Part shown: in pieces, positions 14,105 through 28,102 of the stretch
Layout of the letters: the number at the start of each line of letters is the position of its first letter
Position numbering within the stretch: position 1 is the stretch's first letter
Source of the DNA: the human T2T-CHM13v2.0 reference genome, Homo sapiens
Length of the DNA stretch: 64,000 nt
Direction: 5' to 3' (one strand)
Assembly (NCBI RefSeq): GCF_009914755.1
Contig: NC_060942.1
The notes under the pieces: generated by a model
The model's input: the letters and a program-made list of their open reading frames with translations, nothing else
What the model was told of the DNA's origin: nothing
The model's database searches: none
Program-made: the position numbers and the translations under genes

Positions 14105-14259
14105 GACAGAATTTCAGCTTTTTTTTTTTTTTTTTTTTTTTGCTTATTCATGATTAGAATGTATGTATATTTTTATATGAATAACACTAATTTTTTGATC
14201 ATTTGATCTATTGTGTTATATGAAGATGTGGTTAAAAGGCTATTATTGTAGTAAATATC

Positions 14260-14595
14260 TGCTATGGTCCAAATACCTGTATTGCCCCTAAATTCATGTT
14301 AAAATCCTAACCCTCAAAGGGATGGTAGTAGGACATGGGTTGGAAGGGGATTAGATCAGGAGGGTGGAGCCCTCATGAATGGGATGAATGGCCTCATGAA
14401 AGAGGCCCCAGAGAGCTGCTCTGCGCCTTCCACCATGTGGGGATGCAGTGGGAAGATGCTGTTTATGAACTGGAACATGAAATCGCTGGTGTGTTGGACT
14501 TCCCAGCCTCTCACATCATGAGAAATTTATTTATGCTATTTATATGCAGTCCAGTTTATGCTATTTTGTTTTGGCAGCCAGAGTGCACTAAGATG
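14260..14595 (+). mobile_element. MLT1A-type MaLR solo LTR
   Basis: tgctatggtc start; ggtggagccctcatgaatggga; ttggacttcccagcctc; ends actaagatg. Confidence 0.8.
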
Positions 14596-14680
14596 AAGAG
14601 TCTGAAAACAGAGATTGATAGATGAGGACTTTGCTTACTTGCCCTATATTTAAACATTTTCTGACAGCTGGGTTTACTAA

Positions 14681-15000
<320 letters not shown>

Positions 15001-15125
15001 CGGGTTCTGATTTTATTTTTAAAGTGTACTTGTGGCATTTAACCATTTGCGGATACTCTTCATTCTATATGTGTTGCATATTCCCCAAATTGTGATTAAT
15101 AAAGACATACAAAGTGTCTATTCTT

Positions 15126-15195
15126 TTTTGTTTTTTTGAGATGGAGTCTGGCTCTGTCGCCCAGGCTGGAGTGCAGTGGCACAACCTCGGCTCAC
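15126..15195 (-). mobile_element. Severely 5'-truncated Alu (3' terminal about 55 nt plus tail)
   Basis: Perfect 17-bp TSD ACAAAGTGTCTATTCTT at 15109-15125 and 15196-15212. Confidence 0.92.
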
Positions 15196-16270
15196 ACAAA
15201 GTGTCTATTCTTAAATCTTCACATCTGAGGTGACTAGAAGAGTATATTTAGGAATGGGACTTTAGAAAACGTGACGGCGAATCTGGATGAGAACTAATTA
15301 GTGCAACTCAGCATTGCAGTGGAGGTCAGTCACAGCATTAGGAAAGAGGCAGGAATTCCAAGCTCTGATTTTGCTGCTATGTAACTGGGGTGCATGTATA
15401 TTTACCCATTTCTAATTCATTTCCCCTGTCACCCAGAATCTTCATACAAGGACTCATGGAAAGTCATTTATTTTAGGTATTCTCAGTCATCACTGGGCAA
15501 AGTTAACCTATGAAAGTCGGTTAATTTCCTTGTGTGTGTGCATCAAGTTCCCATCGTTTAAACGACAGGCTTGAACTTGATTTTCTATCTGCAGGGTCTC
15601 TTTCGGCTCTGGATTCTTAGGAATTTACGATCCTGAAGAAGGCGGTGTTTAGGCGCAGGCCACTGCGATCACCACTTTCTTATTCTGTTGTGTAATTATG
15701 GTTTCCTGAGAAAAGCGCTTCCTCCTTTCAGGCAGTCCCCTTTAACATGCAAATTTCGATGTTTCAGAATGATCTCCCTTTAATCCTAAGACTACAAAGT
15801 AAGACACCAGGAGGATGAATTATACGATGGGTTTTGGAGGCATTTTTAGCATGTCCTTCACTTAGAAATAATAGACTAATAATAGAAAGTAAGTCCCATC
15901 CAAACACAACAGAAAACCATACATTCAAATAACATGTCCAGCGCGTGAATTGTTGGCTGGTTCTGTGGCCAGAACAAGTGATTAAAAATTGAGAAACTGA
16001 AATAGTTTAAGATGAAAAATTGTGAAACTCAGGACATAAATACAATTTTTTTTGTACATTGGATTAGACAAAGACTTGAATTCTACTTATAAGTAGTGTT
16101 ATTTGTTTAAAACATGCTAAATTTCTTTGTGTTGTAAATATTGGCACTAGATAAGAATGGCATAGCAGCCCAAACTCCAGACTTTAAAAGGCGGAGGGAA
16201 AGCTAATTTATCAATAATTATGGACAATTGACAATTAGAGATATTAGTCTCACCTGTGCATCAAAACCAG

Positions 16271-16356
16271 TTTTTTTTTGTTTTTTTTTTTTAAATTTTT
16301 ATTTTTTATTTTTTATTTTTTTTATTTTTATTTTTTTATTTTTTTTTATTTTTATT
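16271..16356. repeat. T-rich (TTTTA)n low-complexity tract
   Basis: Direct reading; no Alu or L1 body follows it. Confidence 0.85.
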
Positions 16357-16610
16357 GACATCAGTGAAGACTTTGGCATTTCCACGTGCAACATTCAGCT
16401 CAGTCTTCTTCTCAGCTGTCTTATTAGCAGCTGACAAGCTTGATCATCAGACCCTTTAGTGAATTACTTTCTTCACTTCGATAATGTTGAACTTTTACCT
16501 GAGACCTGTTCTCCCACATAATAGCAGGGGTGGAGAAATCCCCGCAGTGTTTTGCATAATGGGAAATGACAAAACATGTTCTCAGTTAAGTGCAACTTCC
16601 ACTCTTCCTC

Positions 16611-16835
16611 AGAACTAATAGGATATATGTGTACATGAAAGGGAGTTTATTAAGGAGAACGGACTCACAGGATCACAAGGTGAAGTCCCATGAAAGTCTG
16701 CCTCCAAGTCGAGGAGCAAGGAAGCCAGTGGTGGCTCAGTCCGAGGAGTCCCAAAACCTCAAAAGTCGGGAAGCCGACAGCGCAGCCTTCAGTCTGTGGC
16801 CGAAGGCCCGAGAGCCCCTGGCAAACCACTCTTGA
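16611..16835 (-). mobile_element. MLT2A (HERVL) LTR fragment, antisense arm
   Basis: gggagtttattaaggagaa..gactcac..gatcacaaggtgaagtccca...aaaacctcaaaagt.gggaagccgacag.gcagccttcagtctgtgg. Confidence 0.85.
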
Positions 16836-16923
16836 TGTAAGTCAATTCTCCTTAATAAACTCCCTTTTCATATATACATAGATCCTATGAGTTCTGTCCC
16901 TCTAGAGAACCCTGGCTAATGCA
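16836..16923 (+). mobile_element. MLT2A LTR 3' end, sense arm
   Basis: tccttaataaactccc...gttctgtccctctagagaaccctggctaatgca is the MLT2A 3' terminus. Confidence 0.85.
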
Positions 16924-17119
16924 CTAGGTAGGTTGGTAAAATGCTCAGGTCCTGCATGCCCTTAAATCAGAGGTGACCAGGAGTATGGACAATATCTCTC
17001 AAAATATCAACAGTCTAGCTTCAAGAAGCTTATTTAACGCTACTGAATGAAGAGTTTATTTATTAGGAATTCAGTAAGTGTCTGTGAATCCATGACCGGA
17101 TGAGCAATTTCCTGTAGGT

Positions 17120-17235
17120 GAAGACACAGACTCCACAGGGTGGGGCTTCTGGCTGGCTCCTGGATAAATACGCAGCACCTGGAATGCCACCTAGCACACA
17201 GCGGTGCCTCAGTAAATAATGCTGGAATGAGTTAA
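17120..17235 (+). mobile_element. L2 3' end
   Basis: gcacctggaa...cctagcacacag.ggtgcctcagtaaata.tgctggaatga. Confidence 0.6.
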
Positions 17236-18136
17236 AGTCGGTGAAACAAAATGATTTTTAGTAATCTATCTGCTCAGACTTTTATTAGCAAGTGAAAGAA
17301 ACCCAACTTGAATAAGATAAGTGAAAAGGAGACAATGAAATTTAATAAAACAATGAAATCATGCCAGGGTTCATCTTCATCCTTTGCCACAGAAGCCAGG
17401 GTAGCTGCGTGGGGGGCCGTGATGCCTGTGGGCCTGAGGCTCATCAGAACTGGAACACCAGCGCTGTAGGAAATTCTCCCTCATCCTGGCCCCACTGGCC
17501 CCTATCGCTCCAGCGCCTGCCTTCCTCCCTGGCTGCTGAGAGCTTCCTAGACTTTTATTGCCTAGCCACAGTCAAAAAGAGAGAGGGCTCCCCCTCCTTC
17601 ACTGCCCAAGTCTACACGTTCAGGGAATGGGGCACACTTTAGTAACAGTCAGGCTGAGCCCTGCAGTCACGCAGTCTTGAGTCAGGCCCAAGCCCATAAC
17701 CAATCCTGGGAACAAAGCACACAGGAGTCGTGTGGATGCAATGCACGTGGATGTAGCTTCCAGGAAACAGGCCGTGCTGCTCCCAGAACTGGTGGTGCTG
17801 GGCAGACAGCACACGTACGCCACGGGTAGACCTCCTGGAGACACTGTGGGTGAAAGGTAAATACTTTCATGAAGTGAATCATTTCTTTATCTCTCTGGGG
17901 ATTACTCTTCTTGGTGGGCACAGGGAGAAACCATGTTGCCTGGAGTAGGGTGCTCCTTGAGGCTCCACTGAGGTTTTCCCTGCCTCTGGATGGGGCACTG
18001 ATGATCTTGGTTTGAAAGTCTTTCCAGCCAGAACTCTTCCTGTCATGCTCCACTGGGACACACTGTTAGGGACTCAACAAGCATTTGTTCAAGCATCAGA
18101 ATGGAGCCTGAGGGACCTAGATAGCATCATTCTATT

Positions 18137-18310
18137 TTAAAATTAGGTTTACTGAGATTAATTTATATGCCATAAAATTCCACCTTTTGAAGTATACAGT
18201 TCATTCAGTGATTTTTAATATATTTCCATCACTGTAATCTATTTTTTTTTTTTTGAGACAGAGTCTTGCTCTGTGGCCCAGGCTGGAGTGCAGTGGTGCC
18301 ATCTCGGCTC
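18137..18310 (-). mobile_element. L1M 3' end fragment followed by an Alu 3' fragment (18242-18310)
   Basis: tttactgagattaatttata..ccataaaattc.acc.ttttgaagtatacagttca, then poly-T gagacagagtcttgctctg. Confidence 0.75.
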
Positions 18311-19139
18311 TGGGGACGCAGTGTGGTGGTTTGTGTTTCAGAAGAGGTCTCGTTGTTGAGGGAACATTTGAGAAAGATGAGACTGGAGGCAGAAAAATGA
18401 TTGGGACACTTTCACAGAATTCTTGGGGGAAAATGATAAAAGTCCGTGGGTCAGTGGCTACAGAGACAGAGATGGGGTGACTCACCTCTCCCAGTGATGG
18501 AGACCAAAGCTCCTGGCGTCCAGGACAGGCAGGGTTCAGAGAATGTGGGAGTGGGCCCTGCATACTTAAAACAAATGCTAGCAAAAGAACACAAGGATCC
18601 CCAGGTATGCAAGTTGAATATTTGAAGTTTCGGCCTTTCACGGATGGGCTTCTCTTCTCAGAGACATCAGCCCCTGCTGCCGGCTGCCCCTCTTCCTCAA
18701 GCCTCGCTTCCCACCTCCGCTCTCTGGCCGCTCCCACCCCACACACTCACAGTTAATCCGTCAGCTGGGCTGCCTGAGCCCCTCTTGCCTCACTCATTGT
18801 CCCACCTGCTCTAGCTGTGCTGGAGAGCCCGCCTTTCTGATGAGACGGGCTCCTCTGGTTGGCGTGTTGTGCACAGAAGTCCCTCTCTGCCGGAGGAAGG
18901 GCATCAAGGTTAACTCATCCAGACCCGGTGAAGCAACTCCGCAGGCACCTCCTGCAGCAGGACATGGCTAGGTGAGGCCGGGAGGGGCTGGGGGAGGTTT
19001 CAGCCCATTCACCTGCAGCCTCATCTCACTCCCCGTTTCCCAGGGAGGACCTGCTGCACAGTAAAGCTGTTTCCCCGTCTGGTGGAAGGCGCCCGTCAAC
19101 AAGTGGCCACAACGCGGCATTTTGAACTGTAAGATCTCT

Positions 19140-19720
19140 GGGTTGAACGTGTCCGGCAGTCAGTCAGTTGGCAGGGAGGCTGAGGAGCCTTGGAACAGCT
19201 CCAGGGCAGTGGTGGAAGGACGCACCAGAGGAGCGGTGGGGATGTCTGTGGAAGTGCAGCGCTTGACCTCGCTGGAGTTGTCGGTGTTTTTGTTGTCTTG
19301 GGCATGAATGTTCATGACAGCCACATTCATAGTATCTCCAAAAGGGAGCAACCCACATGTCTCCCAACAGGTGAAGGAATATGCACAGCTCTGTGTGTCC
19401 ACACGGTGAACGGTGCTCAGTAGTGAGCAGAGACGAGCTCCTCACCTATGCAGCGCAGGAAGGAAACTCACAATCATCGTGCTGAGTGACAGGAGCCAGG
19501 CCCAGAGGAGCTCTCGCTGCACGAGGCCAGGTGCGTGAAGTGCTAGAAAACACAAACTCATTTACGGTGGCAGAAAGAGGATCGATGGTTTTCTGGTCAG
19601 TATTTTTAAAACAGAGTTTAAGGGAATAAAGCTCCCTTCCACCCAGGATTTCCGCAGAATGGAAATAGAATGGCGCGGGAAGGGTGTGTGTGTGTGACAA
19701 TTTATAAAACTATCCATAAA
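19140..19720 (+). mobile_element. Old L1M (ME/MC) ORF2-end and 3'UTR fragment, GC-shifted
   Basis: gaatgttcat..cagc..attcata.ta...caaccc.catgtc...aacagg; gtgctgagtga.aggagccag. Confidence 0.65.
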
Positions 19721-20079
19721 CCAGGCGTAGCCAGCTCTTCTCATCTTGGGGGAGGATCCTGGACCCGCTACCCCACCGCGTTTTACTCATGCAGTGTGGA
19801 CGCAGGAAGGCCCCTCTGCAGAGCGCGGTGTGCCCACCGCCATGTCTAAGGAAATGAGTAGACAGGGGCACGTGGGGCTCCTGGGAGGCGGAAAAGCAGA
19901 CAGCAGCTTCCTGATGAGGTGACACCCGCTTCTCAGGCTGGGAGGCTGCCAGGGCTGTGGTGAATTTCTAGAAGGGAGGGGACCATGGTGCTGGGCACAG
20001 GCTACATTCCAGTCACGTCTGAATGGCTTCTTGTGTGTCCTTTAACTTGATTCTCACAGCAGTTCACTCTTCAGGGGCC

Positions 20080-20290
20080 CCCTGCCTGGGTTGGATCTGA
20101 CCCCCTCCTACCTGGGAGGGGTTTTGGCTTTTGCCTCACTTCTCTGCACCTGTTTCCTTACCTGTAAAATGGGAAGGCGATGGCGAGTACCCAACAGGAA
20201 TGCCGTGAGGATTGCGCGAGCTCATATTCTGGGGCCGACAGAACCACGCCTCCTTCAGAGTTGCGTGTCCAAGTACTTGTGGAATAAGTT
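20080..20290 (+). mobile_element. MIR
   Basis: tgtttccttacctgtaaaatggga...gtgaggatt core. Confidence 0.7.
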
Positions 20291-20917
20291 AACCTGCCCA
20301 GTGAACACTGTGACCACTTCTCAGGTGACATCCACTGGTGCAGCGAGGTTCTGGCCCTCAAGGGGACCTAGCAGAGGAGACAGTGAGCAGATATCCTGCA
20401 GCCTTCACTGTGCCTGGATGCAGGAAAGCACAGATGCTGGAGGCTCCACAGGGGTCCTCAACACCCCGAGGAAGGGGTCACCAGGCCCCTGGGATGGTGG
20501 GTCACCCTATGAGGCTGGGGGAAGGCTGGTCCTGAGGAGATGGTGAGGTAGAGCAGGAGGAGCATCCCAGGGCAAAGGACCGGATGGCAGAAGATCAGGG
20601 GGTGAAGGGGAGGGCGTCTGGTTTAGGAGCCGAGTGGAGACCGCAAGCCTGGGCGTGCTGTCAGGACCAGCCTGGCAGTGCAGCTGGTGCTCATGGTGGG
20701 CGTGGAGGATGGGAACCAGGGACAGGCGTGTGAAGCGGGGTCAGAGAGCAGGGGCTTAGGGCAGAGCTGCTTGGCCCTCAGCATCCCCCCAGGTGGCAGA
20801 GGAGCCTTGAAATAAGCATTCCAGAGCTCCCATGCCGGGAATCAAATGAAATCATTCTGGGTGTGGCCAGAGTGTGCAGATGTCCCAGGCCCCCGAGGGA
20901 TGCATGAGTTCATCGGG

Positions 20918-21521
20918 AGTCAAAGCAAAGCCTGCGCTGGACGGAGTTAAGCCAGCGGGGAGACTTTATTCTTGAAGGCGATTGCAGTAGGCGAGAGAGG
21001 CAGAGGCTGTCTGAGCTCAGTTCTGTGGACCGAGGGTGAGCGGGTGGAGTTTGTAAGAGCTGGGGTCTGGGTCTAGGCCATCTGTATTTCCTGAATGGCC
21101 CTCCCTGAAGGAAGAGCGAACTTTCTCCTGCATTCATCACAGGAGGGATGGAGGGAATCGCATGGCTTGAAGAGAAATGAGACTTGGAGAGAAGTGCGCC
21201 TTGAGGTTAGGGTCTGCCTCCCACCTTCCTCCCACAGAGACCGGACGTGGCCACTGTCTTCCTCCGTGATTATGTTTCAAAGGAATGACCGGCCTCCAGA
21301 TCACTGAGAAAGACACTCCCTGGGCCTTACAACTGGCAAGATATGTCACAAAAGGCTTACATCTCCTTTCTCTGCCCCTTGTAAGGGGCAGAGAAAGAAT
21401 TTACAATGACAAGTTTTTCTAACGCAAATGCTCCAAGAAAAGGCAGGTGGAGGTGAGAGTCAGGAAGAAGCTTGGCTGAAGTTTAGTCAAGGTTAGGGGC
21501 AGGGTGGGGCGTCTCTGTCAC
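20918..21521 (-). mobile_element. ERV1 solo LTR, MER31/MER67-like
   Basis: gtcaaag.aaa.cc.g.gctggac...tttattc...attgca.tagg; tttcaaagg.atg...tgagaaagaca.tcc.tggg; gtttagtcaag. Subfamily uncertain. Confidence 0.6.
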
Positions 21522-22355
21522 AGGATTGAGAACCGAGTGCCAGGCCAAGGATGAAGATTAGCGGGCATCTGGGAGGAGACCACCAGGTTCTAAGCTACAG
21601 GGCAGCCTTGGGTAGTAGGATCCAGAGCTTGGAGGGGGGCGCGTGTGGGGGCAGCCCGGGAAGGTGCAGGTCCCAGGCCTGAGGGCTGCTGGGGGCAGCT
21701 GGGGAGTGTGATGCCCCTTCCCCTGCTCAGGTGAGGAAGAAAGGCATCCTGGGTGTCCCCCGCATGGTGCCCCTGAGTGGACAGGTGTTAGAGGTGCTGA
21801 TTGAGAGGCGCTGGTGCTGTGAGGGGCTTGGCGGTCGTGGCTGAGTCAGTGATGTGGACGTCACTTCCAGACCTTTGTCACCAAAGCAAGGCCCTGCTCA
21901 CCAGCTGATTAACTGGCAGGACGGGGAGTGCAGCTTTGAAAATCAACTCCCATTCCCATCACTGGCACCAGGCACTAGATGAGATGCCAGGTGGTGTGTT
22001 TGTAGAAGGTTGGCAAAGCATGTTTCGTATTTATCTGCAAAAACCTTAAAGTCTGTGTTGAGAAGGGATGAAGGATATCGGGACACATGAAACTGTATTT
22101 TATCCTCTTCCCTGTGATTTTACTGGGCTAGTGATCACAAAAGCGCTGCTCTGTAGGACCTGGATTTTAATTGCAGACTTAATCAGATCAGCGGGCACTT
22201 GGGAACACTTACTGAAGTGAAAAAAGACAATTCAAAGATTCATTGAGTATTTCCTGGGATATTTATAAATAAAGAAATAAAAAACTACTTTAACTCAAAC
22301 GTTAAGAATCGAATTAACTCAATTTTGGCCAAGCATTCATGCAATGTTCCTTAGG

Positions 22356-22441
22356 AAGTTTTCTGCCACAGATGTTTATGATTTTAGTTTTAGGACCACA
22401 GAAAGCTTTCTGCCCAGATGTTTATGATTTTATTCTTGGGA
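22356..22441. repeat. Diverged local direct duplication, about 47-bp period
   Basis: tttctgcc(a)cagatgtttatgatttta occurs twice. Confidence 0.85.
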
Positions 22442-23299
22442 ATGAAATGAACAACCTACCGGAGTTTGAGTCACTTTCAAATTAAGCCGTGAACCTTGGG
22501 AGGCAGAAGTCCTGCAGGGTGATAGTTAGGCAAAGTTTTTCATTGTTTCCTCCCAAAGACCTGCAGAGAATCTGCTTCGCTCCTTTAGAATGTCCTGACC
22601 TCATTGTACCATTTTCCAGCTTCATGCCTGTCTGTGCCTGATGCTGCTGGGGGCTCTGTTTCTGCCTCTCACCACTCTGCCCACCCCTTTCCTTTGGGGA
22701 ACCCTTTCTCCCAGCCCAGTGATTCAAATGGAATTGCCAGTAGTGGACTCTGTTACGGCAGTCCCCGGGGAGCCTGTGCCGCAGGTCTGGCTGGTCCCAC
22801 CGCTCTTCCCCACCCAAGGATCAGCCCAGGTGGGTGTGAAGCCCAGACTAGGCAGTCAGAGTCCTTTCCTGGAATCATGTGGAGCTACAGGAGAAGGGAG
22901 AAGCCTTATTTGTAGGTGTGTGCTTGTGTGTGTGTGAAAAAAACTTCCATGGAAATTGGAAGATAAAATTCTGAAGATCCTAAAGGCTATTTTCCTTTTA
23001 AAAGAGAGAAAGGTTATCTGAGTATAAAAGAATTGCTTTAGGCAGAGAGCAAGCGGTAAAAGCAACAGAAAACAACAGTGGGAATCCAGAAGACATCACT
23101 TCAGTTCCTGGATTCAGCTGGGCCTGCATCTGTCCTGACCAAGGATGCACTGGTCATGTGAAGACAGACCGTTTAATCTGGCTTACTCTACATGAAATCA
23201 GTTTCTTTCATTTACAACTGCAAAAGTCCTAACTCGAACAATCGCCTTACTCCTCAATAATAATGATAATGACGGCATTAAGTGTAAGAAAACTGCAGT

Positions 23300-23480
23300 G
23301 GCAGCTAATATTGAGGAGGTTCTCACTGGGTACCAGGCAGTGTGCTTCACGATTTACAGGTGAGCTTTCACTTACTCTTCATAACACACTTCACAGCTGA
23401 GAAAAATGAAGTTGGAGCTCTTGCCCAAGGCCACAGCACACATAAGCCGTAGTTCCAGAATCCGTCTGTTGCTGACCTTG
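23300..23480 (-). mobile_element. MIR
   Basis: ccaggcagtgtgct...ttcacagctgagaaaaatgaag...cttgcccaaggccacagc. Confidence 0.7.
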
Positions 23481-23899
23481 TTTTTAATTGCTGTTTTATG
23501 TGTCTCCTTAAAGGCTGTGTTTACCCTTCTCATTTACTGATTTATACCAGCACCACCTGCCCCCCGACTCCCCCAATCCCACCATCGCCCAGAAGGTGAT
23601 AAATAAGTGCTGATCGAATGGCTGTATTTGAACCTGCTGGTGACAGGGTTGGTAGATGTTTCCTGCCCATAAGATATTAATAACCAGCGCTAGGAATCCT
23701 TTCCTTTGTGTCGGGGGCTGTACTTACACCTCATTTCGTGCTCCTGGAAGGAGACAGCACTGCCTCCATTTGGGGTGGCCACAGACAGCTGGGCCCTGGA
23801 GGTCCAGAGTTAAGTGGCCAGCTGCTAGCAGAGAGCTGGGCCTCCTGCGCTGCCAAAGCGGGTGGTTTTCTTGTCACAGCATTGGAGGAGAGAAGAGAC

Positions 23900-24105
23900 G
23901 TGAGTAGGATTCTGAGCGCTCTGCACACACCGAGTACTTTACGTGCTGTCTGTTTGTCAGAATGATCCCGAGAGTGAGTTTTCTGCTGCCAACTTTATAG
24001 ATGAGGACTCGGAGGCTGAGAGAGGCTGGGCACCGGGCCCATGTCCCACACTAGTGGCAGGGGAGCTGGGATTTGCAGCCAGGGGTGGCTGGCCTGAGGC
24101 TCCCT
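23900..24105 (-). mobile_element. MIR
   Basis: tttatagatgagga...gaggctgagagagg...agtggcag.ggagctgggattt. Confidence 0.7.
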
Positions 24106-24629
24106 GGTGTTATTCTATGCCCCAGAGTAGAGGCGGTGGGAAGGCCGTTGTGGGGGTGGTTGACTGTCATCCTGCTGCCCTTGGGAACATGAATGTTGAG
24201 AAGCTGCTAACTGTGCTCCAGCCGTGCGTGAGGAGAGAGGCTGCTGGCTGCCACCTGTGAGGCCTGATGGGCAGTCACGGCCCAGGGGGTTTTGCCAAGG
24301 CCTGGGGTTTGACCTCACGCTGCAGGGGGAGCCCGGTTTCAGCGAGAGCCAAGCCCCTCTCAAGGGTTCTGCAGTGGAGGAGCCGTACCGATGAGGACTG
24401 TGGCTTGAGAATAGACTCAGCTCTGAGCGTTTCTCATCATCCTGGCTTCTGCCACCATCTAATCTAAGCACCATGGTTTCCCGCCTGGATGACAGCCCTC
24501 CCGGGCCTTCTGCCTCACTGCCCCTGCCTTGAAAGGAAATGAGATCACGTGAGCTCACACAGTGGTGGGACGCATATTCTCTGGGGTCTACAGCACCTTA
24601 ACCCACTGGGAACAATTGTCTTCACATTG

Positions 24630-24750
24630 CCAATCTGACCGTGAGCTCTCGGAGGGCTGCCCTGCGTCTTCTACATTTCAAATCCCCAGTTTCTAGAACA
24701 GTTGGCAATTATAGTAGGTGCGCAATAGCTGTGTGTGAATTCATGGAAAA
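24630..24750 (+). mobile_element. L2 3' end
   Basis: gaccgtgagctc..gagggc...tccccag..tctagaacagt...atagtaggtgcgcaata. Confidence 0.65.
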
Positions 24751-25344
24751 TGGTCAGACCTGTAGAGAGCTGAGTGACAGTGGCCAGCGACGGTGCTGTT
24801 CAGAGAGGTCATCATCACGTGGGTCTCCTTCCACTCAAGTGAAGAAATCCTTGGCCATGTTTCTAAGACTCAGGTTTATCATTTTAATAATTATTCTTTG
24901 GGTTACTTTGAGATTTTTTAATTAAAAAAGATGCCTTATGTAAGAGTTCAAACTCTTATTTTTGGGGGTAGGAATATTCACATTTTTATCCTGGTACTAC
25001 TTCTGGTATACCTGGTATGGACATGCTAACTTACCATTGGATTCAGCGGCTCTAACTTATTAGTGGGTCAATTTCTTTGTAAGATTATTGACACTAGAGG
25101 TACGGATAATATAATATTTATTAAGCCACTATTTATGTTTATCAAATGCTCATTCTGGACAAGGCACTCTGCTGCATGTTGGATTAGCAGGGACTAGCAA
25201 TTATACAGGACTCCATATACTATGGAAGATGCAGACCCCAAAGACATTCTCTGGGACCTGATGAGTGGACTCTTGAGGTGGGCGCCACACCAGCAGCAGG
25301 AGTGGCTGCAGAGAGGGGGTGTCTGGAGAGCAGGGCAGTCCCGA

Positions 25345-25391
25345 AATGGGGTTCCTCACCCTTGCTCTTCTGATGCAGGGCTGTATCCTTC

Positions 25392-25448
<57 letters not shown>

Positions 25449-25587
25449 TGGTAGGGGGTGGACCTGTGCCTTGCAGGACATGTGGCTGCATCCCTGACCT
25501 CCACCTACCCATCACGAAAACCACCAAGGCCTCCAGGCTGGCAAAATGTCCCATGGGGACGAAGTTGCCCTAAATCGAGAATCAGTG
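25345..25587 (-). mobile_element. MER20 (hAT) carrying a (TG)n expansion
   Basis: gcatccctgacctc.acc.ac; aaatgtccc.tgggg; gagaa.ca.tg terminus. Confidence 0.7.
25396..25442. repeat. Perfect (GT)n microsatellite, about 23 units
   Basis: Direct reading. Confidence 0.98.
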
Positions 25588-25679
25588 CTGAAACAACCCT
25601 GGACACGTTGTGCTGTGTTGCTGCTTCCTGCAGAAGCCAGAGCTTTGTTCTCAGACTTGTAGCTTTGAGAGAAGGATTT

Positions 25680-25900
25680 TCTTTTTATTTTTCTTTCTTT
25701 TTCTTATTTTTTTAGAGACAGGGTCTCACTCTGTTGTCCAGGCTGGAGTGCAGTCGTTCAATCTCAGCTCATTGCAGCCTCAACCTCCCAGGCTCAAGCA
25801 ATCCTCCCACCTCAGCCTCCTGAGTAGCCAGGACTAGAGGCACACACCACCATGCCCAGCTAATGTTTTAATTTTTTATTTGTAGAGATGGGATTTTGCC
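25680..25900 (-). mobile_element. AluJ, 5'-truncated
   Basis: gagacagggtctcactctg...ggctcaagcaatcctcccacctcagcctcc (J diagnostics). Confidence 0.9.
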
Positions 25901-26539
25901 AGAGAGAGGCATTTTCTTGCTTCATAAAGAAGGATGGACCATTCATCTGGTTCTAGTGAATAAGCTGTAATTCACCAGGGATCCTTCTGTTATCCAGCAG
26001 CCCAATTTATTGCTTTGCTGAGTGCAGGGCTGAGAAGCCGAAGGACACAAAGCTCTCATCTACGGGATTAGGATCAGATGCCTAAGTGTGAACTCTCCAA
26101 GCCTCATGTGTTGTTGCCATGGCAGTTCTACTCAAGAGACCTTTTTGGACAGAAAAGAAGAGTACTTGCTCTGGAGGGAACTTGAATCCTTGTGCCAGTT
26201 CCCCGAGGCCAGCGGCTGGTGCGGCAGGCCACTTCTGAGTAGAGGAGAAAGTTGCCTGTTGAACATTCAGTCGGCACCAAGGCAGGCAGGTGGTTTTAAG
26301 AGAAAATCTTCTCAAAGGCAGATGAGCTCTTGTCTTTACAATCAACATATTTAATTTTAGTGGCAAATTTATCCTAATTACATTAATAATGGGCCCCTTT
26401 ACTCTTGTAGGATATAAATTGGACATGATAGTATTGAGTTCATAGGGTTGTGATGGGAATTTAATGAGATTATGCGGGTTATATCTATCTACATTGACTT
26501 AGAAATTATTTTCTCAGAAATTAAAACAGGATAATTTAT

Positions 26540-28102
<1,563 letters not shown>

